A stretch of DNA of 10,339 nucleotides, from the NCBI GenBank assembly GCA_965246715.1, contig CBDFFH010000006.1, positions 1 through 10,339 on the forward strand, written 5' to 3'. The position numbers and the translations under genes are program-made. This document shows positions 6,761-10,339 of this stretch, in pieces. The notes beneath the pieces were generated by a model. That model ran no database searches. It was not told the origin of the DNA and saw only the letters and a list, made by a program, of their open reading frames with translations. This DNA is from Chamaesiphon sp. (GTDB taxonomy: Bacteria > Cyanobacteriota > Cyanobacteriia > Cyanobacteriales > Chamaesiphonaceae). Position 1 is the first letter of the stretch. Every line of letters starts with the position of its first letter.

Positions 6761-6889
6761 AGGAATATTCGCCAATGAGTTAAGATTATGCCTGCTTTGC
6801 TATCTTCTTCACAACTTCCTCAACTTGTTTGCCTACTGTAGAAGAGAACGAGATTGTAAAGGAAAGTTCAAATCATTAGGAGCATAATT

Positions 6890-7354
6890 ATGTTAGACAT
6901 TGATGAAATGAGTTCTCAAGAAATCTACGAACTCTTACGCAAAGTCGGCTACGGACATCTTGGCTTCATCCATGAAGGGAAACCCTATGTGATGCCAATG
7001 CATTATTACATTGAAAATGAAAATATTTATCTGTTTACCACGGAGGGAATGAAGACTCATGACATTGATGCTAGTCCAGAAATCTGCCTCCAAGTCGAAG
7101 AAATAATTGACGATCCGCTCCACTGGCGCAGTGTAATCGTAGCAGGGCAAGCCAAACGATTGACCGAGAAAACAGATATCGAACGAGTACAAAAATTAAT
7201 TAAAGAGATTAATCCGACACTTTCTCCCGCGCTCAATCGCACTTGGATTGACTCGTGGGGACGGGCAGAAGTAGTGGCGCTCTATCGCGTCTATCCGAGC
7301 GAAATGAGCGGGCGCACGACTGATGGTGTCAGCAGTCGAATAATGGTTGGATGA
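6890..7354 (+). CDS. Pyridoxamine 5'-phosphate oxidase-family (NimA-like) flavin-binding protein
   Basis: 154 aa with GYGHLG...PYVMPMHY...IYLFTTEGMK...PEICLQVE...WRSVIVAG...MSGR. AGGAG RBS at 6878-6882. Confidence 0.88.
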   Translation: MLDIDEMSSQEIYELLRKVGYGHLGFIHEGKPYVMPMHYYIENENIYLFTTEGMKTHDIDASPEICLQVEEIIDDPLHWRSVIVAGQAKRLTEKTDIERVQKLIKEINPTLSPALNRTWIDSWGRAEVVALYRVYPSEMSGRTTDGVSSRIMVG

Positions 7355-7422
7355 ATAAATCGATGCTCACAATGAAAGGCTCTTGGTTACGAACCGACTA
7401 ATTTAGTTGAGGCAACAGACTT

Positions 7423-8290
7423 ATGGTTTCTCCAGTCATTCGGCTAGAAACTACACAATCCGTGGCTGGCTTATCCGCTCGAGACGCAATCGCCAAGCTC
7501 GATCGCGATGGCTATTCGGTTGGTGAGTCGCTTATTTGGGATTGCTTTAGCCAATAGTCCGGACAGTTTTTCAGAAAACGTCTGAAGCCCTTGATTTCTC
7601 GTCAGTCGTTTCACCGTAGAATAAGGCTGAAACCCTTGCTCTATCGTCACCACTCTAAAAGTGTCCGGAGTATTGTTAGCGTTATGTGTGGCAATTGTCC
7701 TAATTTATGGAGCTACCACTGGAGATTGGATCAAAGGAGTCCTCGCCGGGATTACGCTGGCGATGGCAATTTTGCCGAATGAATTTCCAGTCGTTGTGAC
7801 GATCTTTCTCGCCTTGGGAGCTTGGCGGATTTCACAACATCACGTTTTAGCACGTCGTACTTCTGCTGTTGAAACAGTTGGTTCGGCAACTGTTTTATGT
7901 GTGGATAAGACAGGGACACTGACGCTAAATCAGATGGCTGTGCAGCAGTTATTCGCCTATAACCATCCCGAAAATCCTCAGCCTTACGATTTAGCATTAC
8001 ACTCACGAGTGCCACTCCCTGAGTCGGTTCACGAGCTAGTCGAGTTCTGTATTCTCGCCAGCCAAAGAGATCCATTCGATCCGATGGAGAAGGCATTTAA
8101 GGAATTGGGAGATCGATCCTTAGCAAATACCGAACATTTGCACAACGATTGGATGCTATTAAAGGCATACCCACTCTCACCGGAGTTGTTGGCGATGTCC
8201 CATGTTTGGCAGTCAGCAGATGAGAAACAGTATGAAATTGCTACCAAAGGCGCACCGGAAGCGATCGCCGATCTCTGTCATTTTACGCCT
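7423..8290 (+). pseudogene. Cation-translocating P-type ATPase, N-terminal half (paralogue A), fragmented
   Basis: 7423-7515 encodes MVSPVIRLETTQSVAGLSARDAIAKLDRDGY (Cation_ATPase_N-like). It then jumps with a frameshift to RLVSRLFGIAL (7517-7551), is interrupted by a MITE, and resumes with ALCVAIV...AMAILPNEFPVV...SAVETVGSATVLCVDKTGTLT...DPFDPME...KGAPEAI. It is cut off at ~8290 by the IS110 remnant. Confidence 0.9.
7552..7675. mobile_element. MITE (124 bp), 19-bp TIRs, 5-bp target-site duplication TTAGC
   Basis: CAATAGTCCGGACAGTTTT (7552-7570) versus reverse complement of 7657-7675, CAATACTCCGGACACTTTT: 17/19 match. TTAGC occurs at 7547-7551 and 7676-7680. Excision restores the ATPase frame (FGIALALCVAIV). 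Confidence 0.93.
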
Positions 8291-9036
8291 TCTAATCCAT
8301 CAATTTGAGTAAAATCTATGCCACTAATTCGATAGAGATGGGAGCGCAGATCGAAATTAGGGGCATTGCGGCTAGGCTTCTTACCTTTAGGTCTCGGTGG
8401 GAGTGGCTCGTCACTTTGGCTATCAAACTGTGACAAACACTGTTCGATCTGTAGGTCGCATTGTTGAATTTGCTGTTGATAGGTATCATACAAACTCAAT
8501 TCCTGTTTGAGTACAAATAGATGCTCCTCTCGGTAATCTCCGACTAGTGCTGCGGCGATTTCGGCAATACTGCGTTTAGCACGAGGATCTTTCAATGCTG
8601 CCAATCGCTGTGGGTCGCGCTCCCCTGACAGAATGGCTCGAATAATTGCCATTCCAGTTACTCCGGTAACATCACTGACCACCCGATGCAACTGTACATT
8701 CATTTCGGTCAAGGCTTTTTGCATCCGCTGAATATGAACGCTAGCACTTTTAGTGAGACGGTCACGCTGTCGGATATAACTGCGAAATACGCATACTTGG
8801 TCATCAGGAGGAATCCAATATACTCCGGTTGATTCCATTGCTACTGTGGTAATCCCTCTCGACTTTAGCCATTCGGCTATGGCATACAGGTCGGCGGTGA
8901 AACAGCTAAATTTACGAACTGGTTCTGGATCTAATTCTGCTGGGATACTGACCCAATGCTCTGATCCTCCAATATCTATTCCTGCTGCTTTGGGATGAAC
9001 TTGCGCTAGTTCCGGTTCTACTTTTGGTCTCACCAT
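8290..9036 (-). pseudogene. IS110-family DEDD recombinase/transposase, internally deleted and C-terminally truncated
   Basis: AAGIDIG and VAMESTGVYWIP supply the first two catalytic residues and are fused directly to PDDQVCV..RQR. The LVN...GRKxDxxD segment is missing (junction 8808/8809). The frame ends after FTQIDGL, so the C-terminal domain is absent. AGGAGG RBS at 9042-9047. Confidence 0.92.
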
Positions 9037-9065
9037 TTTTTCCTCCTTTTGGGTGAAGAATAATT

Positions 9066-9212
9066 GCTCTGACCTGAGTTGGTCGCTGTAAAGTCTTCTA
9101 AACGGGATAGGATGATTATTCCTTCGCCAATCTCATTACCACGTAGCTCAGAACCATGCTCCGTATCGGGCTGCTATCGCACCAGTGAGGCTTCGGTCTT
9201 AACTGTCAGAAC
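9066..9212 (-). ncRNA. Candidate IS110 bridge/seek RNA in the non-coding end upstream of the recombinase
   Basis: About 147 nt closed by the stem GTTCTGAC (9212-9205) / GTCAGAGC (9073-9066). It contains two similar internal modules (CTGGTGC..GCCCGATACGGAGC and TTGGCG..TCCCGTTTAGAAGA), with a -10-like TATGCT just upstream (9226-9221). The position matches IS110 non-coding ends. Confidence 0.6.
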
Positions 9213-9305
9213 ATAGATATAGCATAATTGCTTGCCAGTATTCTCAAGCAGTTTCTTTCACCCATTAGACTACGTTTTTCGTTGGCTCTATTGCTCCGAA
9301 TGAGA

Positions 9306-10339
9306 ATCGTCAAATGTTATCAAGCCGGAATTCAGGTCACGATGGTGACGGGAGATTATGGACTTACCGCTCAAGCGATCGCCCAACAAATCGGCATAGT
9401 AGAGGGTAAAGCCAGAATCGTTACAGGCGAAGAGATGGGACATCTTTCGGATGCTCAATTAGCACAGATCTTGCACCAAAAATCTGGGTTGATTTTCGCC
9501 CGCATCCAGCCCGAACAGAAGTTAAAGCTGGTGCAGGCTTATATCAGAATGGGTCATGTCGTCGCCATGACAGGCGATGGCGTAAATGATGCACCCGCCT
9601 TGAGAGCCGCCAATATCGGGATTGCGATGGGGCTAAACGGTACCGATGTAGCGCGGGAAGCAGCCGATCTCGTGCTGATTGATGATAACTTCGCGACAAT
9701 AGTCAGTGCGATCGAGCAGGGACGAGCGGTTTATCAAAATATTCGCAAGTTTATCACCTATATCCTTTCCTCCAACATCCCAGAATTGCTGCCTTTCCTA
9801 GCGATGGTCTTTTGCAAGATTCCTCCCGCGCTAGTTATCTTGCAAATTCTCGCGATCGATCTCGGTACAGATATGCTACCAGCTCTAGCGTTGGGCGCAG
9901 AACCACCCGAAGCAGGTACCTTGCTGCAACCTCCCCGTAAAAAGTCCCAACAATTACTGGATAAGTCGTTGCTGCTCCGGGCTTTTCTCTTTCTCGGATT
10001 GCTCGAAGGGGTGGCAGGGATGAGCGGGTTTTTCCTAGTTTGGTGGTCAAATGGCTATGGGATAAATGAGTTGCGATCGCTCAATTTTTCGGCTAGGCTT
10101 TTTTAGTAACCCTTCGATCTGGCTGGGTATTGCGGCTGAATTGGCACTGATTCTAGCGATTATTTATATCCCACCCTTACAAAAAGTTTTTGGCACCGCA
10201 CCGTTATCCGCATGGCAATGGTCGGTACTAATTATTTGCCCACCATTAATTCTGGTAGCTGATGAAATCCGCAAGTCGATCGCGGCTAGGAATACAGATC
10301 GAGATCGTGTAGCGATCGCCAATAAGTCGGTGGGTGCAA
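9306..10339 (+). pseudogene. Cation-transporting P-type ATPase (type II), C-terminal half (paralogue B), N-truncated and frameshifted
   Basis: IVKCYQAGIQVTMVTGDYGLTA...FARIQPEQK...AMTGDGVNDAPAL...DDNFATIV...SSNIPE...ILAIDLGTD. From 10078 the +1 frame continues RSIFRLGFFSNPSIWLGIAAE...QKVFGTAPL...DEIRK and is open to the window edge. The first ~26 aa of ORF 9228 are non-homologous IS/flank sequence. Confidence 0.9.

Larger units (their letters stand above)
8290..9268 (-). mobile_element. IS110-family element remnant (left end retained, right end lost)
   Basis: Recombinase remnant plus ~230 nt of upstream non-coding DNA starting near AATGGGTGAAAGAAAC (9266-9251). The exact boundary is uncertain. 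Confidence 0.7.

Noticed and set aside
9228..9305. N-terminus of ORF 9228-10106 as a signal peptide of a novel short ATPase
   Set aside because: It derives from the IS110 end and flank. ATPase homology begins only at ~9306 and the DKTGT phosphorylation site is absent.
10073..10110. Programmed frameshift in the ATPase at the T-rich tract
   Set aside because: A whole conserved TM segment is missing at the junction, which fits a deletion rather than recoding.

Overview
Cyanobacterial DNA with dense CGATCG/HIP1-type palindromes, several as TCGATCGA (Chamaesiphon-like; the taxon is an inference). The left half is mostly intact host genes: a bacterial metallothionein (smtA-like, 151-324 minus, missed by the ORF track) with an SmtB/ZiaR-type operator, divergent menD, a secreted trypsin-like serine protease and a Sua5/YrdC (TsaC) gene, with a heptamer tandem repeat, REP-like palindromes and two MITEs between them. 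The right half is a decayed, rearranged mobile-DNA zone. It holds an intact IS1182-family transposase inside a perfect 49-bp inverted repeat that looks two-layered, an IS1-like transposase fragment cut exactly at that repeat, a K+-channel pore fragment and an intact pyridoxamine-5'-phosphate-oxidase-family gene. It also holds two P-type ATPase pseudogene halves, apparently from different paralogues, damaged by a deletion, a third MITE, an IS110 remnant and a deletion at a HIP1 site. The IS110 remnant has a dead recombinase but keeps a structured upstream non-coding region, a candidate bridge/seek RNA. No clearly new multi-gene system is demonstrable. The best leads are the nested IS1182 ends, the orphan bridge-RNA candidate, the variant metallothionein and the HIP1-bounded deletion.
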